DNA of 42,447 bases, taken from NCBI GenBank assembly GCA_003693705.1, contig RBZT01000788.1, forward strand, positions 1 to 42,447. Direction: 5' to 3'. This document shows positions 22,800 to 33,814 of the stretch, one piece after another. The position numbers and the translations under genes were made by a program. Under the pieces are notes generated by a model that ran no database searches, had not been told where the DNA came from, and worked only from the letters and a program-made list of their open reading frames with translations. Numbering within the stretch: the first letter of the stretch is position 1; every line of letters starts with the position of its first letter. Source of the DNA: Polymyxa betae A26-41. Its lineage: Eukaryota; Protista; Endomyxa: Phytomyxea.

Positions 22800-25700
22800 T
22801 GAAGCTGACTTACCGCTCAACGCCTTCATCAGAGTCTCATCGAACCCGTTATCCCGCAAATGCAGCATTAATCCCGAATGATATCGTTGGAAAAAAGAAT
22901 TGGCTCAGTTAACAGCCGCGTTCAGTAAACGGCTCTGACATCTTGCAATTGAAGCTCTTAACACATTCACGATATTCGTCGATCTTAAGAAACAAGTCTT
23001 GGAGCAAACGTCCTTTTCAGTGTCAAATATATACTTGGGGTTAACCGGTTTGTTTACATACCGAGCTGCCAATCTGTAATTGCGAATCGATGCATTTTTG
23101 ACTTCGATCTATCAAAAACGGTGTCTTCGTCCTCAGATGTTTGCCCAAATGTCCACAATCTATCGGAACCTGAAGAAAACTCATCGTGATATTGTAGCCT
23201 GAATAAATTCTCAATACGTTTCATTAGATTGAAGGGATCCAAACCTAAAGCATGAGATAACAACTTCTTCTGAATAGTTGTTGATTATGTTCACCGATTG
23301 GCCTCTGGTTGCATGGCTCATGGACTTCAACGGGCGCATGAATCGCTCCGACCAAAAGTTCCAAGCTGTACCTTTAAGAGGACCAAGATCTTGTAAAATG
23401 TGAGGAACAATATGAATAATAAAGTACACAGGGAGGGTCATTAGCATGCTCGGAACATTCTGCAAAGACATCAGTGATCGCATTTAGGGTGAGCAATATA
23501 GAAATACCTCCTCCAACAATGTAATGGCCTCAATAATGGAGCTGTGAAGTTTGTGAAGCTGGGAACGCTTCATGGTCCAGCACAAGCTTCGGGACAAAAC
23601 ATCAAAAAACCCATATAGTGATTTTTCGAAGCGGCGGGCGTGAACGTTTTCGCGAAACAAACCTCTGGTCGGGTATTTGAACAACCCATGCATTAGCATG
23701 TGCCATTGGGAGTTCTTCACTAGCAGCTGAGGTTTTATGTAGGGATGGAACAACTCAGATTCTGTTTACAATATTACTTTCGATTTACATGTATTTGTAT
23801 TGCTTACTTTCCGGATGGCGTAAGCTTTTTAACCGATCTGATATGATTTTTCTGCTTCCTGTAACCAACGCCCACTGCAGTTCTGAGTCTGGCTCCCATA
23901 TTACATTGAGTCGGTTCAGTTTCTTCTCACACGCTCTGGCTTCATTATCGAATGCAAGTCCAGATCCTCCGCTTTCGCAATCAAGCGCTTCCACCAGAGT
24001 TTTGATGGCGTTCTGTAGAAGAAGTAATTCGTAAATGTGATTCATGTTCATTCATTGTCGGAGACTCACTCCCAAGTGATGCATAAAATCAGATTTGAAC
24101 TGACGGCAAGGGTCCCACCCAGTGAATAATGAATCGGTTAGGGCGTCAACACCATATTGCCCTGGACCTGGTTTCTTGTAAGGGTGATTAGAATCGCCTG
24201 AGCAATCATAACATTTTAACCCATGGCGAGCACTCTGTGTTCTTGTTTTCGAAACATGGAATCTTTTAAACCTGATCTTATCTTCTTCGTAGCGTACAGA
24301 TGCGGTTCCTATGCGTGATAAGGGAAAATTTCCATACAAAAAGGATTCGAAACCAAACCAGCTTGTAGCAATTCGTCCTTGACCCAAAACGTTGGGAAAG
24401 GAGACTTTGCATGCAGCCCCAAACAAGCAGGGATGGATATCTTCTTCCGGAGAGGGTTTGATGCTCGGACGAACCTAAAGGATCCTAGCCGACACGTTCG
24501 CTTATAACATCTCACTCCAACGATCGAGCAGATGCATGCGCCATGAATACTTGACGATCCGGCCTTCATGACTGCTTTCGCAAAAACAGTTAAGTCTGCC
24601 ATACTGCTCACCAACTTGATCTTAATCTAGCATTGCTTTTAGTATATGTAAAGCAGGTGAATTTGCACAAACGTACATTAATGAGGCGGTCACTAGATGC
24701 ATCAAATATGGAGAGACCCCGAACATCGATCATGTTCAATTCCTGAGCAATCAACCGAAAGAAAGCTTGGCTGGAAAAATATGATGATGATGTCATCAAA
24801 ATAGAGGACGGCTTGCAGCGAGCGGAAGACGGCAATGTAAGATAAGAGAAGAGATGAGGCCAAATCGAAATCTTCGACGAGTCATGAACCCGAGACCCAT
24901 CGTAGCAATTGGAAAGGGCGAGAAAACAAGATCTCTTTCCTGTCAATTCAATAAAAATTCAGGATCTTATGCCATTCCATTTGTACCGGATCTTGCACTA
25001 TGTTATTTTTCTTTCAAATGAAATGGAGCATAAACGTCATAGAATAAGTCACCATGAATCCAGTCGGTCATGACCTCTTCCTTCTTTTTCGTTGTAGCAT
25101 ACTCTTCTACAGCAATATCGATCTCATCGAATCCCGACCAAAACAGTTCACCAAAGGCAGCGAAGGCAAATCGGATCTTTAGCGAGTTTTCAGCTGTTCA
25201 CTAGATACAAATGTGTAGCACATACCTGAATATCATACGAAATTGGCCAGTAAAGAAACGTTCGTGCATTCTGTCTTGGAATGTGGCAGAAACGCCATTC
25301 TTCTGCAGTCTCCAGGTCAAGAGCGAAAATACAATGCCCATCTGGACATGAGTACAAAAGCATCGGCTTGAACTGAAGAATATATCTCTTAGAATCGAAA
25401 CTTTCGCTTGTTTCCATGTTTCTGGGAAGTTGTTGTAAAGAGAAATTACTTCTGCTGTCATCGGATCTGTTGATGTTGACATTTCCAGAAGGTAAGATGA
25501 CAGCAATTCATCGAAATTTTTCTTGTTGACGCCCGATCGCAGAAGCTGGTCGGAGAACTGCATGATTTTGATTTTGATCTTCTCCAGGTGAACAGCGGTC
25601 TCAACACCCAGCTCGTGCATTTGGTTTGCTCTTGTAATGGAAGAACTTCGCAGCATTGCTCGAGCCATATTCATAGTCTGAATAATATGGATATCAAATT

Positions 25701-26145
25701 TAAATTCAAGATCGTCAGTAGAAACGAAATCGTTTTCTTGGTCCTCAAGCTTTGTGCTGTGATCATCGACATTGCTTGACCTACCAGAGTCATCCGCAGT
25801 ACTGAGACTTTCAAGTTCGCTCGAGCTTGGTGTTGGTTCCACCTCAGAAAGTATTGCATCTTCGTTCACCCGGATCTCCTGATCTTCGCTGGCGTTGCTG
25901 CGATTTGAACAAGGGTTTACATCCAAATCTGGACCATCGTCAAACGGAGCATGGAAATCACAATCATTTGAAGATAATGACTGGATGGATGAAACATCAT
26001 CTAATTGTTGGTCGTCCAAATTGACATCGTCAATTTTGTGCTTTTGGAAAGTGTATGGATGGACGAGTCTCCCCGTGCAGCGATGAGATCTACAGAAGCA
26101 CTTCCTTTTCTTTCCATTGCTCGTGCGATGATTATTTCTTTGCAT
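22800..26145 (-). pseudogene. CACTA/EnSpm (CMC) transposase, multi-intron, degenerate
   Basis: N-terminal CFCRSHRCTG..H; Transposase_21-like ALSNCYDG..SIWPHLFSYLTLP; DFMHHLG|NAIK; VKNSQWHMLM; DUF4218-like HIVPHILQDLGPLKGTAWNFWSERFMRPLK. GT-AG introns, e.g. 24013-24069. 3' end approximate. Confidence 0.8.
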
Positions 26146-26216
26146 GGTAATGGCTTTGTTGCTGTTATTGTTTCAGGTGATTAGGAGAGTGTCGCAATAA
26201 TGTACCAAGGGCAATC

Positions 26217-28300
26217 TTAGTTCAGATATTTTTGAAGAAATAAACAGGATTTATTGATCAGGACCTCGTTTTTTTGGGTGTCATTCCCCTCTTTCCATCG
26301 CTTTTCCAGATGCGATATTAACTCGTTTCGTGCGCGTTGACCTCGGCGGTTGGTGTTGATATCAAACCCCGAATAGTCACTCTTTTCTTGGTGCAGAAAC
26401 TCCTCGTAGACCGATTTCAGCATCAACCCGAGAGCGTCTTTAGGAAAATTGTATGCAGCGCCACCGTCCTGTCCTGGATTGGACTCCAACAACTGAAGCT
26501 TCATGTTTTGGCGGCTTCCTTCGCCTTCATATCGGTACACTTGTCAAGAAGTTCTATTGGCGAGAGATCAGGATCACAACAGAAGCCAGAAATACTGACA
26601 CAACAATTTACCGCTGCGAGCAAACTCTAATGTGGCTTGGGTTGCCGGAAACCGTATATTGATCTCATGCAGCAGCTTCTCAGCGTCCGAATCAATTGTC
26701 TCCCGAAACATGCTAAAAAGGATATCATTAACGAACATTTAGAATCATGATCAAGAAGTCATGCAACTTTTTGAAAGCGATCTGATCACGAAGTAATTGG
26801 CGCATGAGCATTCGCTCAGGCGTCATTGACTGTGGAGTTTTCTCCTGAGTTTTTCCAACATTGCAACAGTGAACAATCCTCTTTTAGGATTATCTCTCCA
26901 CAGGTGCCGTGGCCAGTATGCGTCTCGCTCTTCCGAAAGCTCTGTTCCATCAACGTCCGTTCTTTTCCGCTTGCCTGATTATCAACGATTAAGCAAAATA
27001 TAGATCGATACTGAATCATTCTTACATCTGGTGTCAGCTTTGTAACGAAGATCTGCAAGCGATGCGATAAATCTAAGGCCTTTTACTAGGACTTCTTGGT
27101 TAGATGAGTTCGTATTAACAGACGGAACGTTCTTGTCCACCAACAATCGCGTTACTGCAACAGCTCTCTCAACGTCGAGATTAACGTTATTACCATGGAC
27201 AATCTCGCAATGGGCACGACCATCATCTTCTTTCGGAAGAAGAATCTCTCGTGATACTGGGATTGATCCTACAAAGAAGAAGACCACCGATCCTGGAGCA
27301 GTAGTATCCATTTCAACAATCAGCTGTGTTTGAGGCTTCCGACGGTCAGTTTTGCCCAGAAGAGAATTTCCAAATTTCCATGCAATTTATACGCGATTAC
27401 AAAAACATCGAATTATTGTATCGCTGTTGTACTGTTCCTGAATAATGTTAGCGGCAAACTTTTTAGAATCGAGATGTTGTCGATATCAAATTATGCGCAA
27501 TATTTCGTCGCAGTAATATACATCAACTCTCGCAACATAGAGATCCAGTGTCGCAAAAAACGTACTAGTGGAAGATGAGACATTGCAATTGGTACGATCT
27601 CCGTACGGACACCGGGCACTGCGATGCTCGTCTCCATTCAATCTCTTCCTTCTTTCATGATGCTGAATTGCCCTAGGCGCTGCGTCTGTCCTGACCCCAA
27701 TCCCAGTTATGACTCCAGATGACGTGGCAGCACTAGGCTTATACAACAACCCCAGCATACGGCCCTGAGTGATTGCGGGTGCTTGATACCGGAGTCTGGG
27801 TGTGCCGAAGTAACAGAGCTCTAGTTGTTTCAAGAGATGAAATGTACGGCTCTCGGGCACCGAGGCCGGTCGCCTAAAATAACGGATGACCTCTCATTTT
27901 CTTTCTGTCGCTCATTTCGAACTGTGGCCGGTGTAAAGCCAGCTCACTATTTTCGCGTGTGGACGATAAGAGGGTGGCTGGTATTCCGATGTCTCTAAAC
28001 TCAAGTGTAAAATCCGAACGGCCCGAATGAGGGTGCTTAATACAGGTGGATCTTGGGTGCTGTAGGAAACAGCTGCATAGTAACATATTACCCGGTGTAC
28101 CGCTCGTGCATTTCGAGGGCCTGTATCCTGAAATAATGGATGATTCCGGGTAACGGTTACGTCCTGATTATGTCTCGCGCGTGTGAGTTTCAAGAATCAT
28201 CCCATTGTATTCCAGTTGGCTTAGCCGGTAAAATTCATTTGTATTGTTATTCTGGATTTCGTATTGTTTTCTGTGCACATAAAGTTGTGTGTCTCCATTC
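26217..28300 (-). pseudogene. Unknown gene(s) upstream of and co-oriented with the CACTA transposase
   Basis: Chain of minus-strand coding-like segments (MDTTAPGSVVFFFVG..., SGKRKRTDVDG..YWPRHLW.., ..ISHLEKRWKEG) with intron-like gaps; no recognisable domain. Confidence 0.4.
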
Positions 28301-28541
28301 GATCACTGCTTTTGAATTGAGGGAAAGCTGCGATAGATACCGAGGTGGAGCATTTGCTGCTCTAATTAACCTTATATTAATTAGTTCATACTGTCATGAA
28401 TAAAACAAAGAATCTGTATTTACAAACTCGAATACTGCTCACTTCCTTTTCAAGAAAATTCGCATCCGTTTTAGCTGCATAAATCATTATCCTGCCATTT
28501 CATGCCACTTTTAAAACCTGAGAATGTAGTCATTGCTATCC

Positions 28542-28800
28542 TTTTGCAAGCGAATTGAATTTGCGAAAAAGTGCACAGGTTCCTGCGAAATTCTGCAGAG
28601 CTTTGCTTTTACAAGCAAACGAAATCTGCGAATGCACGCACTTGTTTCCGCGATATTATGCGCTGTTATGCTATTTTAAGCGAATTCAATCTGCGAAAGC
28701 TCGCAAAGTTTCCTGCGAAACTATGCGCTGCTACGCGTTTGCAAGAGATTTGTATTTGCGAATCCGCGCACTTGTTCTGCGAAATAATGCGTGTCCCTGC
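28542..28800. repeat. Degenerate 65-bp tandem repeat (4 units) built on (C/T)TGCGAA motifs; probable CACTA subterminal region
   Basis: Unit starts at 28542, 28607, 28672 and 28737; motif continues and inverts (TTCGCAG) up to about 28840. Confidence 0.8.
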
Positions 28801-28854
28801 GAAATACATCACTAAAATTCGCAGGCACCTAATCGCAGAAAAGGCATCCCCACG

Positions 28855-30226
28855 GAGTTGCGGTGATAGAAATATCGCTCTGATAACGCGTCCTTTATTC
28901 TGGAGGATTCTTGACGAAGAGAATTTCGAACTTCTCGACGTGATGGACATTGTCGACTTTTTTGCTGCTCCTTCATACTCGCTTCAAGGTGTAAGCTTAT
29001 AAAAACGACCGTTTTTTGACTTCAGATTCAAATTTGATTTCATTATGCAGACTGAAAGCCTTGCAACAAACGCAGTCATCACAATGTAGAAATTGCTCAA
29101 GGTATTTCCGCTGGAACGTTCAGAATCGAGAAATGTCAGACTTCCTACTGTGCACTGTGTTCTGGAGTATATACTTCGCGACGTTCCGCGATTTGGACAC
29201 CGCGCTGTTGAATGTCGTACCGAAGAGCATAAACATCAATCAGTTCGTTCACAGTGATGTAAATACTTCAATATCTAGTGGTCTAAATACTCTATAGATC
29301 AAAAGCGAATTGAAGCACATCTACAGGGGAGACGTATGTACGTCTCCAACTAAGTATGAACCGCAGCGCGTTGCTTGGCGTTCTGTGATACACGGAACGG
29401 CTTGGAGCGTCGATGCTGATAGCACGACTGTTACGGATTCTCTGCAGCGTCTTTTTCTCTAGGATCCAAATCGAGACTATTCTTTAGAGCATGATCTTGG
29501 TATGGCAATCAGTCAGCGATTGGCAGGAATTTCAATGGATGCGACTTCACCATCAGATCGTTTCTTGTATATGTACAGTGATTCCAACACGGAAAACTAC
29601 AACAAACCACCCTCGACTCTCGAAGCCTGAAAGCAAACTGTTGATTACTATAGTGATGTTTTCAATAATGATAATAGTTGCTCGATATGTGAAATGGAGA
29701 AAGATGTTAGATCAAATCCGACAGCCACGGTGTTAAAAGGCTTCTTTTCCGAGCAAGCAAACACCACTGTATCAGTGGGAGACGATGTGTTTGTTGGCCA
29801 AGACAGTTGGCCATGCAGAATTACAAGGATATTTCAGCACACAATTTCCCTCGATACAAACGTCAACACAACAAGAAAAAGATCATCGCTATGGATACGT
29901 AAAAACGTTGATAATGGGTTGCTAGTTTTGGTCGGTGTCAATTGGTTTCAAGAAGTCCATCAAAAGAAATGGCGAAGACGAACATTCATGCTCGATACAT
30001 TGAGGCCGAAGATTGGCAGAGTAAGGAGTCAATCACTGCTGTGGCAGTAATGGATCACATCTGCCAGAGTAGCTCTTGCGATATGAAGAATGTTTGTTCC
30101 TTTCATGGCAATCCTTCATGTGAAGATCGAAAGTGTCAAGGCAGTCAAGCTAACTGGGTCGAGAAGTGGTACCATACAAAGTCCAGAGCATTCACATTGT
30201 CTCATCTAACTCATGCTCGTACTTGA
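28855..30226 (+). pseudogene. C-terminal half of a second CMC/CACTA-like transposase
   Basis: NVRLPTVHCVLEYILRDVPRFGH..EHKHQ (PxxH..RFG..E motif), BAH-like VSVGDDVFV..CRITRIFQH..VNWF, terminal VMDHIC..C..C..H. Confidence 0.55.
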
Positions 30227-30295
30227 GGAAGATAAATCAGCTGTTTTTGTGGAAACTAAAAAACATGTTCTTTATAGAAAAGCCTAGACAACGAA

Positions 30296-30833
30296 TTATG
30301 CAGCAGTGCGGACTCCCCATTCAGAGAGCAAATCACGTCTCTGTCGGGCTTGCTCGGATTCACATTGTTTATGATCATTGATTACGTCCACCGAGCCCAG
30401 TGAAGTTCCGGTTGATGTTGCTATCTTATCAATTTCCTCGCAGATAATGACTCCATTAGTACTGATATCCCCCGAATCCTGGTGTGCGTTCAGTAGCAAG
30501 GCATCAAAAGAGTGTCGAACATTACTGCCGAGTCACCGAGGTTGCCCATTAAAGAATTTGATAACGGTATCCTCCGCTTCCCTAACCCAAGACATAATTT
30601 CATGGTTTCACAAGTGATATCCATTTGCCATGCCTCATTGTCTCAAGAATACACTCATCGATTTCGTGGCTTTCAACAGCATCTTCCGACAGTTGTTATA
30701 TTTGTAAAGATTGAAGCTAATGTCGAAAGTCCCAGCGTACCTGTTTCTCAAACTATCCAAAGCAGCCTTGATTGTGGTGTCCACTTGCAACAGGGCCTTT
30801 CGATCCGAATGATGATGTTTTAAGTGTTGACAT
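30296..30833 (-). pseudogene. Orphan degenerate ORF convergent on the second CMC-like transposase
   Basis: One frame reads about 170 codons with a few stops (KALLQVDTTIKAALDSLRNRY...RQRRDLLSEWGVRTAA) and ends about 70 bp from the transposase stop. Confidence 0.35.
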
Positions 30834-31028
30834 GTTCATTAGAAGTTGAGGATTTGACTTTCGTATTAAATTTTCAAAATCATCCTATGTAAATGTCAAT
30901 ACGGAGCCCAAGACGTCAATGGAAAGCAGAGCAAATGCTTACAAAAGGTGATTTCACATTCTCTTCTAGAGCTTTATACAAACTGCAGGTCCAGTTTGGG
31001 GATCACTCTCAAGGAAGTCGGCAGACAG

Positions 31029-32912
31029 TGGTCAAGCGGAACTGAACCACGCTTTATTTCCAAAAGAATAATGATAAAAAAGGACACAGAAACAGGACAG
31101 GTCAGGACAGGTCACAGGGTTGCGCAATCGTCGCTCAATGGAAACGACACTTGCGCACAGGTCGTACCGGGACGCTGCTAGTCAAAGCAGTTGTCTTGGC
31201 GGGAGCGGCCTCTCTTGGAGGCTGCGCAGGATCGGCCTCTTTGCCATCATCGGAAGCAGGGTTGGCAGCCACCAGATTTTTTAGGTTTTGTTATTTTAGG
31301 TTTTCTAATAAAACCAGGTTTTTTCAAATTTTGAAAATCTAGTTTTTTTTAGGTTTTTTCTCTATACGTGGATTCTGCGCAGATTACCAATCTCGTTCTC
31401 GGCTCTCCAGTCTCCACGCTATTCATGGACGACATTATTTTACTGGATTCGCCTTTCGCGTAGAGTACGCCGTAATTGATTCTGAACCTGGCGCCATTGC
31501 CCTGAATTTACACTACTCATCAAGCTTCGTAATTTTTTTGGCGCAGCATAAGTTGAAAAACGTCAGTATATCCGTTGGAGCTTTTCCCAGCTGTCTGGAA
31601 AGCAATCTGTTGATACCGATTCCTGTTCCGAAGATGAGGACGACGACGCTCAGGATGTCTGAAACTACCGCAAAATCCAATTTTCAATCGAATAAATGAG
31701 CATTGCAAAGAGGTGTCGAACAAATTTGTATGCGGATTAGGTTTTTTGCAGATTAAATGAAGTTTTTTTTAGGTTTTACCAAGGTTTAACCTAAACCTAG
31801 GTTCAAGCGTCCTCTTAAAGTAGATTTTTCCCAAAACTGATCGGAAGGCGTCTCCACGAACGCGGCCTCTTCGTATGTTTTGGGAGGCTCCGCCTTCCTA
31901 AGTGCTGGACCTAAGGTTTTAGGGTTAGGGTTGTTGGTGTTGCTCGCGACATTACCCCCCGTCAGATGATATTGTGGGTGAGGAGAAAGTTTGCTCGTCA
32001 TCGAAGTTAATTTGGGGCTCCCAACTGTCATCCGACGCACCTTGGCATTCCATCGCACAAGATTTTGACGACTAGAAGGTGGACCACGATGCGCGATGAT
32101 GCGGTCGACAACAAATGAAAGAGGATCTTGAGCCGGATCTTGCGAAGCCAACTTCATGTGGGCAGGAGCTACTGCTCGTTGGTAAAACTGTTGGTCGTGG
32201 TCAAGGAGCTGGTAGCTGCCTACTCTGGTACGTCGAAGCACCTTATATGGCCCCTCGTAAACAGGCTGAGTCTTAGCAGAGCGCTTGGGGTCCAAGATCA
32301 TGACAAACGAACCAAGTGGAAAAGGCTCTTTCAAAATCTTCTTTGAGCGAGAAAAGACTGTGATTGCACGGGCTGCATGACCGAGGAGACGTTCTTCAAT
32401 AGTCGGAAAAAGAACATCGCCCATGAACTGCATACGCTGTCGCACTTTGATATATGACTGTTGTAATTCTTCGCCTGAAAGCAGTCGATCATCTGAATAG
32501 TCGCCCAGCAGATTGAATGCACGCCCAAACATTACACTGAATGGGGAAGAGTTAGTGGCTGAAGCAATCTTGGCGTTTATGAACATCCGAACTGCAGGTG
32601 TCAAGCGATTCCACTGCTTGTCTTCACCTTCCAATAGCTTATGGATGATACGACATGATGTTTGCACAAATCGTTCCGCCAATCCGTTAGCTCTTGGATG
32701 ATACTTAGTCGTCAGGCGATGATCGATACCGGCATCTTGGGTCAGGTACTGCGTTAGCTGATTAACAAACTCAGTTCCGTATTCAGATTGAACAACTCGC
32801 GGGAAACCGAAATCAGATAATATTTGTAAGAGAGCTTCGCAAACGGAGGACGCAGACTTATCTTGCAAAGCTCGCAGAAAGCAAAATCGGGTATTAATCG
32901 ACGTCCTTATAA
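31029..32912 (-). mobile_element. Ty3/Gypsy remnant Gypsy-2: integrase C-half, chromodomain, PPT and 3' LTR
   Basis: FGFPRVVQSEYGTEF, YHPRANGLAER, YEGPYKV, FVVDRIIAHRG..LVRW; PPT GGGGGGTAA 31952-31960; LTR from 31951 to about 31029 with minus-strand AATAAA near 31055; LTR split by a MITE. Confidence 0.8.
31257..31839. mobile_element. Non-autonomous hAT-type element (583 bp)
   Basis: 8-bp TSD ATCGGAAG (31249-31256, 31840-31847); imperfect ends CAGGGTTGG / CCAAAACTG; TTAGGTTTT subterminal repeats at both ends. Confidence 0.8.
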
Positions 32913-33810
32913 CGTCTAGAGAACAAGATAGCCCCTTACGAAGCATGGTACCATAGAACGGTGGTGTTCGACCATATTCGGGTCTTCGGATGTGACGCCT
33001 GGGTCCTGTCAACCGAGAATCCGCCTATGTCAAAGCTTTTACCGAGAGCTTATCAATTCGTCTTCATAGGATATGCAGCGAATCAGAAGGCGTATCGATT
33101 CTGGATCCCTGAGTTGAACATCGAGGAAAGCGTTAGAGACGCCCAACTTTGATGGAAAATCGCATTCATTCCTAAATCAGGAAATCAAATGCAGACCAAA
33201 TTCAGAATCCGCGACGGACAGCACACAATCGACGACGACACGCCCATCATCATTAAAGAGCTATAAAAGGGAAATATGCTGGGCGTACAAAGGAACTCGC
33301 ATGCAAATTGTTTTTTTGCATAGTCAATTGTGAACCGGATAATGCTCGGGTCGTCACTCTGAAGCGACCAGATACGCAGGCGCGTATTATCAGTGATATG
33401 AAAATTGCTACAACTATGCACGAAGCATTATATTCAGATTTCGGAGCGAAGAAGCGATGCTTAAAAAAATTTGAAGCCTTGAAAAGTTACGGAACTTATG
33501 GACCGCAAGAATTACATAAGGATTCAGGCCTGACAAATCTAAATCGGTCTTCACGACGGAGCCGAAAAATGATAACAACGGAGAAATCGAAATATTCCGA
33601 GCGTGCCTGGTCGCCTGCCGCTATTCTCAGCAGTATGCTGTTCTCTACAAAGGCACATTTGCCCAGTGGCTTACCTAGAATCATTAAGAATGATTTTGGC
33701 GCTCGCGGCATTGAATCACCTAATGCTTAGTCAGTTTGACGTTGCTGGCCCGTATCTTAACGTGGATATTGAAGTTGAGATCTACATGCAATCAGACCAA
33801 CGACCACGCA
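32913..33810 (+). pseudogene. Ty1/Copia pol fragment (post-integrase SH3-like region and partial RT), heavily deleted
   Basis: PYEAWY, HIRVFGCDAW, FIGYAANQKAYRFW, FEALKSYGTY, VAYLESLRMILALAA..QFDVAGPYLN..EIYMQ. Confidence 0.8.
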
Positions 33811-33814
33811 ACCC

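Noticed and set aside
28542-28800. CRISPR-like array (65-bp period)
   Set aside because: Whole units are mutually similar and degenerate; there is no identical repeat with unique spacers, no cas genes, and the context is eukaryotic TE sequence.
28555-29002. Cys/Arg-rich ORFs across the 65-bp array
   Set aside because: The period is not a multiple of three; the ORFs are repeat read-through fused to the next transposase fragment.
22800-31028. Fanzor/TnpB or other RNA-guided nuclease cargo
   Set aside because: No RuvC-I/II/III or CxxC...DRDxNA signature recognised in any ORF; only an HMM search of reconstructed exons could exclude a very divergent one.
31786-33012. 408-aa ORF as a real gene
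   Set aside because: Chimeric read-through: antisense Copia sequence, Gypsy integrase, frameshifted chromodomain, LTR and MITE end.
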